The notes under the pieces: generated by a model
What the model was told of the DNA's origin: nothing
Databases searched by the model: none
Seen by the model: only the letters and a program-made list of their open reading frames with translations
Part shown: positions 1 through 8,925 of the stretch, one piece after another
Numbering within the stretch: position 1 is the stretch's first letter
Layout of the letters: every line of letters starts with the position of its first letter
Translations under genes and position numbers: made by a program
Assembly (NCBI GenBank): GCA_022827275.1
Contig: JAJDTG010000010.1
Span: 155,641 to 219,640 of the forward strand
Length of the DNA: 64,000 nucleotides
DNA from: Candidatus Dadabacteria bacterium
GTDB lineage: Bacteria > Desulfobacterota_D > UBA1144 > Nemesobacterales > Nemesobacteraceae
Direction: 5' to 3'

Positions 1-341
1 TTGACACGCCGGTCTGCGATGTTCAGATCAGGAGGTTCAACGAGGAAGCGGCGGCGCTTTCTGACTCGGTCCAGATAATAACGATGAGCGTGGATCTTCC
101 GTTCGCGCAGAGCCGCTACTGCGCGGCTGCCGGAGTGGATAGGGTGAGGACGGCGTCAGATTACCAGTACGCCTCTTTCGGCGAGGCCTATGGGGTGCTT
201 ATAAAGGAGAACAGGCTTCTTGCCCGCGCGATTTTCGTTGTGGGTCGTGATAACGTGATCGAGCACGTTGAGTATGTGGGAGACATAGTGAACGAGCCGG
301 ATTACAATGCGGCGCTCGATGCGATAAAATCAATAGGGTAG
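1..341 (+). CDS. tpx: Thiol peroxidase Tpx; the 5' end lies outside the window
   Basis: Reading the frame back to position 3 gives DTPVCDVQIRRFNEEAAAL...MSVDLPFAQSRYCAAAGVDRV...AIFVVGRDNVIEHVEYV...EPDYNAALDAI. This matches the conserved Tpx segments (DTPVC resolving-Cys region, DLPFAQ.RFC, C-terminal EPDYEAAL). Confidence 0.8.
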   Translation, partial: DTPVCDVQIRRFNEEAAALSDSVQIITMSVDLPFAQSRYCAAAGVDRVRTASDYQYASFGEAYGVLIKENRLLARAIFVVGRDNVIEHVEYVGDIVNEPDYNAALDAIKSIG

Positions 342-393
342 AGGCGGATTATATACATAATTCACCAAGAATTTTATAAAATTAAAGAACATT

Positions 394-858
394 ATGGGAA
401 GAAAACTTGAGGTAGGGAGCCATGCCCCTGATTTTGAAGCCGAAACCTACGGGGCGGAGAAGGTAAGGTTGAGCGACTTTTATTCTAAAGGGGCTGTGGC
501 GCTTTACTTTTATCCTAAGGACAACACTACGGGCTGTATCAGGGAGGCCTGTTCGCTTCGCAACGCGGAGGAGGAACTTGCGTCTCTTGGAGTGCAGATT
601 CTGGGGGTAAGCACAGACGGGGTGAAGTCCCATGAGAAGTTCAGAGACAAGTTTTCACTCAATTTCCCGCTGCTGAGCGACAGGAGAAGGAAGATAGTGA
701 GTCTCTACGGGGTAAGGTGGAAGTTTCTTCCCTTCGTTGCCAGCAGGACTACCTTCCTGATAGAGAAAGGTGGCAGGATAGCGTATATTTGGGACAAAGT
801 TAACTCCTCGTCCCATGCAGAAGAGATACTCAGCAAGGTAAAGGAACTAGGTCTTTGA
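394..858 (+). CDS. bcp: Peroxiredoxin Bcp/PrxQ (1-Cys/atypical 2-Cys peroxiredoxin), first copy
   Basis: 154 aa. Motifs G..APDF, ALYFYPKDNTTGC (peroxidatic Cys in TxxC context) and GVSTDGVKSHEKFRDKFSLNFPLLSD are typical of the Bcp family. Confidence 0.85.
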   Translation: MGRKLEVGSHAPDFEAETYGAEKVRLSDFYSKGAVALYFYPKDNTTGCIREACSLRNAEEELASLGVQILGVSTDGVKSHEKFRDKFSLNFPLLSDRRRKIVSLYGVRWKFLPFVASRTTFLIEKGGRIAYIWDKVNSSSHAEEILSKVKELGL

Positions 859-903
859 ACGGTGAACAAAATATATAATCTCCGATAGGGGAGAGGGCTT
901 GAC

Positions 904-1161
904 ATGGAATTTGTTGGACTGGCGATTGCGTTTATAGCTGCTTTCTGGGTTTATACGGATGCGAAAAGCAGGGGCAAGAGCACGGGGAAAGCGTTTGCAT
1001 GGTTCCTCGGCGTGTTCTTCATCCTCATACTGTTTCTGCCGCTGTGGCTAATCACGAGGCCCAAGGTGAAACTTTGCCCCTACTGCGGCGAATACTACGA
1101 ATACAAAGAGTCTGATTCCTTCTGCCCCAGATGCGGTGTTGAGTTGCAGGCTGGGGAATGA
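904..1161 (+). CDS. Small membrane protein with a C-terminal zinc-ribbon (CPYCG...CPRCG); function unknown
   Basis: 85 aa. Two hydrophobic segments are followed by CxxC-x14-CxxC. A GGGGAGAGGG run precedes the ATG as a plausible RBS. Confidence 0.45.
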   Translation: MEFVGLAIAFIAAFWVYTDAKSRGKSTGKAFAWFLGVFFILILFLPLWLITRPKVKLCPYCGEYYEYKESDSFCPRCGVELQAGE

Positions 1162-1188
1162 TATTTTTTAGGTAAGGGCCTTTTTCCG

Positions 1189-1512
1189 ATGAGCGAGACG
1201 ACTGAAAAATTCGAAGTTACCGAAGATGACGTGATGGGGGTTCTCGGTGACATATACGATCCCGAGATACCAATAGATATAGTCAATCTGGGGCTTGTTT
1301 ACCGGGTTGCCATAGAAGATTCCCGGGTGAATATCGATATGACCATGACATCTCCCGGATGTCCCGCCGCAACGCAGATAGTTGCCGAGGCCAAGTACCT
1401 TGTCGAGGAGCTTGACGGGGTCTCCGAGGTGAACATCGAGATCGTGTGGGATCCTCCCTGGGATCCGGGAAAGATGAGCGAGGCGGCAAAGGAAAGCCTG
1501 GGGATGTTTTGA
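1189..1512 (+). CDS. DUF59/MIP18-family Fe-S cluster assembly protein (SufT-like)
   Basis: 107 aa. DVMGVLGDIYDPEIPIDIVNLGLVY...MTMTSPGCPAA matches the DUF59 signature (DPE.P..I..LGL.Y, TLTSPGCP). Confidence 0.75.
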   Translation: MSETTEKFEVTEDDVMGVLGDIYDPEIPIDIVNLGLVYRVAIEDSRVNIDMTMTSPGCPAATQIVAEAKYLVEELDGVSEVNIEIVWDPPWDPGKMSEAAKESLGMF

Positions 1513-1550
1513 TTCCCTGTGCTTTGCTGCCGTGACCTAGGAGGTTGGAA

Positions 1551-2009
1551 ATGGGAGAAAATCTTGAGGTAGGGAGCCAGGCTCCTGATTTTGAAGCTGA
1601 AACCTATGGGGCGGAGAAGGTAAGGCTGAGCGACTTCTATTCGAAAGGGACCGTAGCGCTTTACTTCTATCCCAGGGACAACACTCCGGGCTGTACCAAG
1701 GAGGCCTGTTCGCTTCGCGATGCGGAGGAGGAACTTATGTCTCTTGGAGTGCAGGTCCTGGGGGTAAGCACAGACGGGGTAAAGTCCCATGAGAACTTCA
1801 AAAACAAGTTTTCACTCAACTTCCCGCTGCTGAGCGACAAAAGCAGGGAGATAGTGGATCTATACGGGGTAAGAAGCAAGTTCGATAGCGCCCGCAGGGT
1901 CACTTTCCTCATAGAAAAAGGTGGCAGGATAGCCCATATCTGGAAAAAGGTAAAGACCTCGTCTCATGCTGAAGAGGTAACCGAGAAGGTAAGAGAACTG
2001 GGTTTGTAG
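1551..2009 (+). CDS. bcp: Peroxiredoxin Bcp/PrxQ, second copy. It is a tandem paralog about 80% identical in protein to the 394..858 copy, and the aligned segment I read is about 90% identical in nucleotide
   Basis: I place the start at ATG 1551, which has GGAGG at 1540-1544. The ORF track starts at TTG 1545. It carries the same APDF/YFYPRDNTPGC/GVSTDGVKSHE motifs. Confidence 0.85.
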   Translation: MGENLEVGSQAPDFEAETYGAEKVRLSDFYSKGTVALYFYPRDNTPGCTKEACSLRDAEEELMSLGVQVLGVSTDGVKSHENFKNKFSLNFPLLSDKSREIVDLYGVRSKFDSARRVTFLIEKGGRIAHIWKKVKTSSHAEEVTEKVRELGL

Positions 2010-2025
2010 TTTTCCTGTAGCGAGT

Positions 2026-2784
2026 TTGATGAAGGATCTTCCCAAAGCCGTTTTCATAACCGGGACCGACACGGGAGTGGGGAAAACTGCTGTCACCGCG
2101 GCGCTAGCGGCTCTTCTCTCCGAAAAAGGTTTTGCGACCGGGGTAATAAAGCCGTTTCAGACTGGAACGGAACTCGAAGGCCTGAGCGACGCTGAATTCA
2201 TCTACGCATTTCTGGGAAAAGACTGCGTGCTGTCCGAGGTTTCTCCCTGCCGCCTGAAAGTCCCACTCTCTCCCTATCGCGCCGCCGCGATTGAGGGGGT
2301 TGATATTCCTCTTGAGGACATAATAGAACATACGCGGGATTATATCTCCCGAAACGACGTAACCCTCGTCGAAGGCGCAGGGGGCCTCTGCGTGCCCGTC
2401 ACCGGGAGTTACATGATGGCTGACCTTGCCGTTGATCTTGACGCCCCGATGGTTATCGTCGCGCGTCCGGGTCTCGGCACCCTTAACCATACCGTCCTTT
2501 CTCTTGAGTACGCGAGGCAAAGGGGCGCAAGTGTGCTCGGGGTGGTGATAAACGGGTTTCCGGAACCTGCGGACGTGGCTTCAGTGACCAACCCGGCTGT
2601 CTTAAGAGACGTTTTTTCGGTGGACATACTCGGGGTAATTCCCCATTTCCCGGGGCTTGACGTCGAAGGCGGCTCTTTCTCGGGACTCAAGGGTGTTGGC
2701 GAGAGATGTTTTTCCCCGCTTTTCGGTGGGAAATTCTCAATGGAAGCCTTTTTAGAGGAACTCTCTGGGGAAGCAGAGCGGTGA
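2026..2784 (+). CDS. bioD: Dethiobiotin synthetase
   Basis: The N-terminal VFITGTDTGVGKT P-loop, IKPFQTG and VEGAGG motifs are characteristic of BioD. Confidence 0.8.
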   Translation: MMKDLPKAVFITGTDTGVGKTAVTAALAALLSEKGFATGVIKPFQTGTELEGLSDAEFIYAFLGKDCVLSEVSPCRLKVPLSPYRAAAIEGVDIPLEDIIEHTRDYISRNDVTLVEGAGGLCVPVTGSYMMADLAVDLDAPMVIVARPGLGTLNHTVLSLEYARQRGASVLGVVINGFPEPADVASVTNPAVLRDVFSVDILGVIPHFPGLDVEGGSFSGLKGVGERCFSPLFGGKFSMEAFLEELSGEAER

Positions 2785-2864
2785 TTTTCCCCAGTCCGTA
2801 ACCAGTTGTCGGGGACTTTTTCTCTCTAAGGCTCCGCGGTTTTTCCAACGTGGTTTCCGAATTC

Positions 2865-2893
2865 TTGACAGATCGGAAGAAGTTGTAATAATA
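2865..2893 (+). promoter_or_regulatory. Candidate sigma70-type promoter for the act operon (TTGACA-N17-ATAATA)
   Basis: TTGACA sits at 2865-2870, followed by a 17-nt spacer and ATAATA at 2888-2893, about 57 nt upstream of the actA start. Confidence 0.4.
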
Positions 2894-2949
2894 CTAGCCG
2901 ATCAAATCTACTTCCTGATTGATTAACCCGTTTTTCAACAAGTTTTAAC

Positions 2950-3552
2950 ATGAAGAGAGAAAGAAAGAGTTTTCTGCGTATTGCTATAACCGTTTTGTTT
3001 ATAGTAGCCGGTTTTTACCTTTACGCAGAAAGCGCCGAAAGTAGCGACAAGGGCCCCGCGCAGCCCGTTCTTTTCAGCCACAAGATACATGCGGGGGACA
3101 ACCAGATAGAATGTCAGACCTGCCACAGCTACACGGAAGTTTCTCCCCATCCCGGTATTCCCTCGGTGCAAAAGTGCATGGGATGTCATGCCTACGTTGC
3201 CGGAAGGGACGTTGAGTACACAACTCAGGGAGGCCAGACGATCAACATAAGAGAAGAGATAAACAAGGTAAAGGGTTACTGGCAAAGACAGGAACCGATA
3301 CCTTGGGTAAAGGTTACCGGAATGTACGGCACGAACTCCTCGGGAATGCCGGAGTTTGTTCATTTCAACCATAAAAGGCACATAAAGCGTGGGTTTGAGT
3401 GCAGTACCTGCCACGGAGAAGTCGAGAAAATGGACGTTGTGCACAAGGCAAAAGACCTGACGATGGGGTTCTGCATATCGTGTCATGAGGAAAACGCCGA
3501 CAACGAGGAGCATAAAACAGAACTGAAGGATTGTCTGACCTGCCATTACTAG
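2950..3552 (+). CDS. actA: Alternative Complex III subunit ActA, a pentaheme cytochrome c
   Basis: 200 aa. An N-terminal signal/TM anchor is followed by five CxxCH motifs (CQTCH, CMGCH, CSTCH, CISCH, CLTCH). It sits directly upstream of actB. Confidence 0.85.
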   Translation: MKRERKSFLRIAITVLFIVAGFYLYAESAESSDKGPAQPVLFSHKIHAGDNQIECQTCHSYTEVSPHPGIPSVQKCMGCHAYVAGRDVEYTTQGGQTINIREEINKVKGYWQRQEPIPWVKVTGMYGTNSSGMPEFVHFNHKRHIKRGFECSTCHGEVEKMDVVHKAKDLTMGFCISCHEENADNEEHKTELKDCLTCHY

Positions 3553-3566
3553 GCCGGAGGGGATAT

Positions 3567-6506
3567 ATGTCTGGGAAGGAAAACAAAGAAAAAAACGGCA
3601 TGAAGAGAAGGGATTTCCTGAAAGTGCTCGGGGTAGCCGGCGGTACGGCAGCTGTTGCCGGAAGCTGTTCGGAGCCCGTGGAGCAGATAATCCCTTACGT
3701 CATTCCTCCTGAAAACGTTATTCCCGGAGTACCCAAGTTCTACGCGACGACCTGCAGGGAGTGCTCGTCGGGCTGCGGTCTCGTGGTGAAAAACCGCGAG
3801 GGACGCGCGATCAAGGTTGAAGGCAACCCCGAGAACCCTATAAACAAGGGAAAGACGTGCGCCATGGGCCAGGCTTCCCTACAGGGTCTTTATAATCCCG
3901 ACAGGGTCCGTTCCCCGCTCAGATACAACACTGAAACGCAGAGACTTGAGCCCATAGGCTGGGACCGGGGCGAAGAAATACTCGCGGAAAAGTTAAATTC
4001 CCTCGGTTCGGGTAAGATCGTCTATCTGAGCAACAACGTTTCGGGAACTTACTCGAAATTGGTGGCGAAATTCCTGAGACCTCTGGGAGGAAAGCACTAT
4101 GTTTACGAGACTTTCTCCCACGAACCCATAAGAAAGGCGAATTCAATTGTTTTCGGAAGAGACGAGATTCCTTCCTACAGGATAGACAAGGCAGATTACC
4201 TTCTCTCGTTTGGGGCTGACTATCTTGAAACGTGGCTTTCTGCGGTTTCAAACTCCATAGGATATTCAAAACTAAGAGATGTAGATCACGGGAAAACCGG
4301 CCAGATCGTTCATATAGAGCCGCGCTCCGGAATGACTGCTTCAAACGCAGATACGTGGGTTGCGGCGAAACCGGGCACGGAGCAGTATATTGCTCTCGGG
4401 ATCGCCAACGTTATGATCTCGAAGGGTCTTAACAAGGTTGCCCCGGGGCCGATAGCCAGAATGGTTTCGGGCTACACGCCCGAAAAAGTTGCGGCGCTCA
4501 CCGACGTGTCCGCCGACACCATAAAGAAAATCGCCCGGGACTTCTCGACCTCAAAAAGCTTGGCTATAGGGGGCGGAGCAGCCAACACGGGCTCGAATGC
4601 CACCGAGACCATGGTTGCCGTAAACATACTGAACTACCTAGCCGGGAACATTGGCAAGACGGTTGATTTCTCAGACTCTCTTTCAATCTCGGATGCAAGC
4701 AGCTTCAGCGACATGAAGGAGCTGGTGGAGGAAATGAGGTCGGGCAAGGTGGAAATTCTCATCGTTCATAACGTAAACCCGGTTTTCACGCTTCCCGGGG
4801 AACTGAAAGTTGCCGAGGCTCTTGAAAAAGTGCCTTTTGTCTTAAGCCTCTCTTCATTCCTTGATGAGACTTCCGAGAAGGCGCATCTCGTACTTCCCGA
4901 AAGCACTTCTTTTGAGAGCTGGGGGGACTACAGCCCGAAAAAGAGCGTGACCGGCATCACTCAGCCCGTCATGAGGCCGGTTTTCAATACCAAGTCCGCG
5001 GGCGATACGCTGATCTCCGTTTCAAAGAGTGTAGAGGCGCTCAAGAACACGTTTGCAGAGAAAAAATACTACGACTATCTAAGGAGCGCATGGAAGAAGA
5101 GGGCAGCGGTTCTCTCTCCCGGAACAAGCTTCGAGAAATTCTGGGAAGCACTTCTTGTAAAAGGTTCAGTAACAACCACTCCGGCGCCCGTCAATGTAGC
5201 TCTTTCATCCAGAGTAAGTTCCGTTTCTTTCAGCGACCCGCAGTTCCGCGGAGAAGGGGATTTCCACCTGATCGCTTACCCGTCCCACAGATTTCTTGAC
5301 GGAAGGGGAGCGAACAAGCCGTGGCTTCAGGAACTTCCCGATGCTCTTACCACTTCGGTGTGGGATTCATGGCTTGAGATAAACCCTGCGGTCGCGGCGA
5401 AAATGGGTCTTGAAGACGGTTCTTACGTGAAAGTCGATACCCCGGGGGGGAGTTTCGAAGTGCAGGTTTTCGTCTATGAGGGAATAAGGCCGGATACGAT
5501 TGCCATTCCACTCGGACAGGGACACACTTCCTACGGAAGATACGCGAAGGGAAGAGGGGTGAATCCCTTTGCCCTGCTGCCGGCGGCTACCGACGCGCTC
5601 TCAGGGGGCCCCTCGCTCCTTTCAACCAAGGCGAACGTTTCATCGCTCAGAAAAAGAGATCTGCTCGTAAGGACACAGTACACAAAGAGCCAGGGAGACA
5701 GGCACGTCGCCAAGACCGTCGCCCTTGACCAGATTGGTCATCATAACGGCGCCCATGGAGCGGACCACTCGGAGCACCCCGACTTCTACCCGGAAAAGGA
5801 ATACTCCAAATACAGATGGGGAATGGCCATAGACCTCAACAAGTGCACCGGGTGCGGGGCCTGCGTGGCGGCCTGTTCCGCGGAGAACAACATTCCCTTT
5901 GTAGGAAAGAAACAGATCGCCAAGCGCCGCGAGATGAACTGGATCCGCATAGAGAGATTTTTTGAGAAAAACAGCGACGGAAGCCTTGACGTAAGATTCC
6001 TGCCCATGCTCTGCCAGCAGTGCGGAAACGCCCCCTGCGAACCCGTATGTCCTGTTTTCGCGACTTACCACAATCAAGAGGGGCTAAACGGCATGATATA
6101 CAACCGCTGCGTGGGCACAAGGTACTGTGCGAACAACTGCACTTACAAGGTAAGAAGGTTCAACTGGTATACCTACAAGTTCCCCGAGCCGCTTAACTGG
6201 CAGCTCAATCCCGATGTGACCGTAAGGTCCAAGGGTGTAATGGAAAAATGCACCTTCTGCGTTCAGAGGATAAATCACGGCAAGGACCTCGCCAAGGATA
6301 AAGGAAGGCTTCTTCACGACAGAGAGGTTCTAACGGCCTGCGAGCAGGCTTGCCCAAGCGACGCAATAGTGTTCGGCAACCTGCTTGACGACAAAAGCAA
6401 GGCGTCGGTGCTCTCTGAGGACGATAGGGGCTACAAGGTTTTGGAAGTGGTAAACACCAAGCCCGCGATTACCTATCTTAAGAAAGTCAAACAGGAAAGA
6501 GTGTAA
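3567..6506 (+). CDS. actB: Alternative Complex III subunit ActB (molybdopterin-oxidoreductase-like domain fused to a 4Fe-4S ferredoxin-like domain, Tat-exported)
   Basis: The RRDFLKVLGVAGGTAAVAGS twin-arginine signal is present. A long MopB-like N-terminal domain is followed by C-terminal Cys clusters (CTGCGACVAAC...CQQCGNAPCEPVCP...). I place the start at ATG 3567 with GGAGGGG upstream. The ORF track starts at 3531. Confidence 0.85.
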   Translation: MSGKENKEKNGMKRRDFLKVLGVAGGTAAVAGSCSEPVEQIIPYVIPPENVIPGVPKFYATTCRECSSGCGLVVKNREGRAIKVEGNPENPINKGKTCAMGQASLQGLYNPDRVRSPLRYNTETQRLEPIGWDRGEEILAEKLNSLGSGKIVYLSNNVSGTYSKLVAKFLRPLGGKHYVYETFSHEPIRKANSIVFGRDEIPSYRIDKADYLLSFGADYLETWLSAVSNSIGYSKLRDVDHGKTGQIVHIEPRSGMTASNADTWVAAKPGTEQYIALGIANVMISKGLNKVAPGPIARMVSGYTPEKVAALTDVSADTIKKIARDFSTSKSLAIGGGAANTGSNATETMVAVNILNYLAGNIGKTVDFSDSLSISDASSFSDMKELVEEMRSGKVEILIVHNVNPVFTLPGELKVAEALEKVPFVLSLSSFLDETSEKAHLVLPESTSFESWGDYSPKKSVTGITQPVMRPVFNTKSAGDTLISVSKSVEALKNTFAEKKYYDYLRSAWKKRAAVLSPGTSFEKFWEALLVKGSVTTTPAPVNVALSSRVSSVSFSDPQFRGEGDFHLIAYPSHRFLDGRGANKPWLQELPDALTTSVWDSWLEINPAVAAKMGLEDGSYVKVDTPGGSFEVQVFVYEGIRPDTIAIPLGQGHTSYGRYAKGRGVNPFALLPAATDALSGGPSLLSTKANVSSLRKRDLLVRTQYTKSQGDRHVAKTVALDQIGHHNGAHGADHSEHPDFYPEKEYSKYRWGMAIDLNKCTGCGACVAACSAENNIPFVGKKQIAKRREMNWIRIERFFEKNSDGSLDVRFLPMLCQQCGNAPCEPVCPVFATYHNQEGLNGMIYNRCVGTRYCANNCTYKVRRFNWYTYKFPEPLNWQLNPDVTVRSKGVMEKCTFCVQRINHGKDLAKDKGRLLHDREVLTACEQACPSDAIVFGNLLDDKSKASVLSEDDRGYKVLEVVNTKPAITYLKKVKQERV

Positions 6507-7837
6507 TGAGCCAGACGCAGCAGACACCTTTAACTTACGCGAGAATAACTGAAGATGTAGTCAGGATGGTCGACAAGCCGTCCAAGAAGTGGTGGGCTCT
6601 TTTCCTTCCCACGGTGGCGCTCGTGGGTCTCGGCGTCATGTGCTTTTTCTACCAGGTAGCGGAGGGACTTGGAGTCGCCGGCTACCGTCACCCGGTTTTC
6701 TGGGGAGTCTACATAACCGATTTCGTTTTCTGGGTTGGAATAGCGCACTCCGGGACACTTATCTCGGCCATACTTTATCTGTTCCGCGCCAGATTCAGGA
6801 TGTCAATATACAGAATCGCCGAGGCAATGACAGTCTTTGCGGTTCTCACGGCGGGACTTTTCCCGATAATCCACCTCGGAAGACCGTGGAACTTCCTGTG
6901 GCTCATACCATATCCCAACTCAAGGGAGCTGTGGATAAACTTCAAGTCGCCGCTTGTCTGGGACGTGTTCGCGGTAAGTACTTACCTTACGGTAAGCTCG
7001 CTGTTTTTCGTGATCGGAATGATTCCCGATATAGCGGCAATAAGGGACAAGGTGAAAGAAGCTCCGAGAAAGATCATATACTCCATTCTTTCCTTCGGAT
7101 GGAAGGGGTCAAACAGGGAATGGCTCCATTATACAAGGGCCTATCTTTATTTTGCTGCCCTCGCCACGCCTCTTGTTCTCTCGGTTCACAGCGTTGTGTC
7201 CTGGGACTTCGCGATGGGTAACGTTCCCGGATGGCACACCACAATATTCCCGCCGTACTTCGTTGCGGGAGCTATTTTCTCGGGACTCGCGATGGTTATC
7301 ACTCTTACCATACCGATAAGAAAGATCTTCCATCTCGAGGACTACATCACCCTCGATAACTACGACGGCATGGCGAAACTCATAATTCTCACTTCCTGCA
7401 TAGTCGGCTACGCGTACGCTGCGGAATTCTTCATGGCGTGGTACAGCGGAAGTCCTTATGAGTGGGGACAGTTCGTTTACAGGGCAACTGGAGAGTATGC
7501 GCTTTTCTACTGGACGATGGTTATATGTAACTGCGTCGTTCCGATATCGCTGTGGTGGGAGAAGGTGAGAAAAAACATAAAGGCCCTTTTCGTCATTTCC
7601 ATACTGATAAACATAGGAATGTGGTTTGAACGCTTCAATATTATCGTCATATCCCTTTCCAGGGATTTTGAACCGGGTGCGTGGGGCATATACAAGATAT
7701 CGTTTGTCGAGGCCGGCATAACTATCGGAAGTTTCGCGTGGTTCTTCATGTTCTTCCTGCTGTTCGTGAAAACTCTTCCAGCAGTTTCAATAGCGGAGAT
7801 GAAGGAAATACTTCCGGTGCCGAAGAAAGGAGGTTAG
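6506..7837 (+). CDS. actC: Alternative Complex III subunit ActC (NrfD/PsrC-like polytopic membrane subunit)
   Basis: 443 aa, multi-TM and NrfD-like. Its start overlaps the actB stop (TAATG). Confidence 0.85.
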   Translation: MSQTQQTPLTYARITEDVVRMVDKPSKKWWALFLPTVALVGLGVMCFFYQVAEGLGVAGYRHPVFWGVYITDFVFWVGIAHSGTLISAILYLFRARFRMSIYRIAEAMTVFAVLTAGLFPIIHLGRPWNFLWLIPYPNSRELWINFKSPLVWDVFAVSTYLTVSSLFFVIGMIPDIAAIRDKVKEAPRKIIYSILSFGWKGSNREWLHYTRAYLYFAALATPLVLSVHSVVSWDFAMGNVPGWHTTIFPPYFVAGAIFSGLAMVITLTIPIRKIFHLEDYITLDNYDGMAKLIILTSCIVGYAYAAEFFMAWYSGSPYEWGQFVYRATGEYALFYWTMVICNCVVPISLWWEKVRKNIKALFVISILINIGMWFERFNIIVISLSRDFEPGAWGIYKISFVEAGITIGSFAWFFMFFLLFVKTLPAVSIAEMKEILPVPKKGG

Positions 7838-7843
7838 AAGGAA

Positions 7844-8350
7844 ATGAGCCAGGGCGTAGTCGGAATTTACTCATACCAGGATTCGGTTCTTTCGGCCGTA
7901 GAAAAACTCAAGGAGGCGGGTTATGGAGACATGAGGGTGTTCTCCCCGTTTCCCGACCACGAGATTGAGCATGCGGTTGATGCGCCTGAGAGTCCGGTGC
8001 GTTTTTTCACGCTCTTCGGAGGGTTGCTGGGAGCGACCTGCGGAATCGGTTTTACGGTTCTCACTTCAAGTGCCTGGCCGATAGCGGTGAGCGCCAAGCC
8101 CATAGTTTCGATAATTCCCTACATGGTCATCGTTTTTGAGCTTACGGTGCTTTTCGGAGCGCTTTCAACCTTTCTGGGGCTGATAATAAATTCCCTTATA
8201 AGGGAGAGAACCCCTGTGAGGCTTTATGACGAGCGTTTCTCAGATGACAAGTTCGGTGTCGCGGTTGTATGCGAGAAGGAGAAAATAGGTGCGGTCGAAG
8301 CGATATTAAATTCTACGGGAGCTGAAGAAATCAAGTTTGATGAAGCATAG
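7844..8350 (+). CDS. actD: Alternative Complex III subunit ActD (DUF3341-like)
   Basis: 168 aa. MSQGVVGIYSYQDSVLSAVEKLKEAGY is typical of ActD. AAAGGAGG precedes the start. Confidence 0.8.
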   Translation: MSQGVVGIYSYQDSVLSAVEKLKEAGYGDMRVFSPFPDHEIEHAVDAPESPVRFFTLFGGLLGATCGIGFTVLTSSAWPIAVSAKPIVSIIPYMVIVFELTVLFGALSTFLGLIINSLIRERTPVRLYDERFSDDKFGVAVVCEKEKIGAVEAILNSTGAEEIKFDEA

Positions 8351-8384
8351 AAACTTTTCTCGGACAGTTCTGGGTGGAGCTTTG

Positions 8385-8921
8385 GTGCCCAATTTATCTT
8401 TGAGGCTGAAAGTTTGCGTAGCGGTTATTTTTGCGGTCGCGCTTTCGCTCTCTTCCGCCCATTCGCTTCCCTGGTCTTGGGACATGTGGTCTCAGGATTC
8501 GATCAAGCCCTATGAGGAACCCGTGATTTTTCCGCGCAACTCGATTTCCACCGACGGCGAAAAAACCAAGCTTGAAGACAGGAACAAGGTCGAGCAGATA
8601 AAAAAAGGACCGATTCCCATAAGCGATGAGTCAGTAGCCAGGGGAGAGAAGGTTTTTAAAGAGCAATGCGTTGTGTGTCACGGTCCCGGGGGATTGGGAG
8701 ACGGAATCATAATAAAGAAAGGACTCGGTTTTTACCCGGTTAACCTTACCACGCCGGCCGTAGCGCAGAGAACCGACGGTTACATCTACGCCTATATACG
8801 CTACGGGGGCAAGGTTATGATGCCTTCTTACAGCGAGAACATATCGGAGCAGGACGCATGGCACGTGGTTAATTACGTGAGAAAGCTTCAAAACCCGGGT
8901 TCTGCCAAGGAGAATCAATAG
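8385..8921 (+). CDS. actE: Alternative Complex III subunit ActE, a monoheme cytochrome c
   Basis: It has a single CVVCH motif with a downstream Met ligand region. A signal peptide (RLKVCVAVIFAVALSLSSAHS) is present. I chose the GTG at 8385, which has GGTGGAG five nt upstream. Alternative in-frame starts at ATG 8340 or TTG 8337 are possible. Confidence 0.7.
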   Translation: MPNLSLRLKVCVAVIFAVALSLSSAHSLPWSWDMWSQDSIKPYEEPVIFPRNSISTDGEKTKLEDRNKVEQIKKGPIPISDESVARGEKVFKEQCVVCHGPGGLGDGIIIKKGLGFYPVNLTTPAVAQRTDGYIYAYIRYGGKVMMPSYSENISEQDAWHVVNYVRKLQNPGSAKENQ

Positions 8922-8925
8922 AAAA

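Noticed and set aside
382-1790. Minus-strand ORFs 382..633 and 1299..1790 that resemble each other (MGLHPVCAYPQ…)
   Set aside because: They are antisense shadows of the duplicated bcp genes. Their mutual similarity only reflects the tandem duplication, and the sense-strand peroxiredoxin assignments are far better supported.
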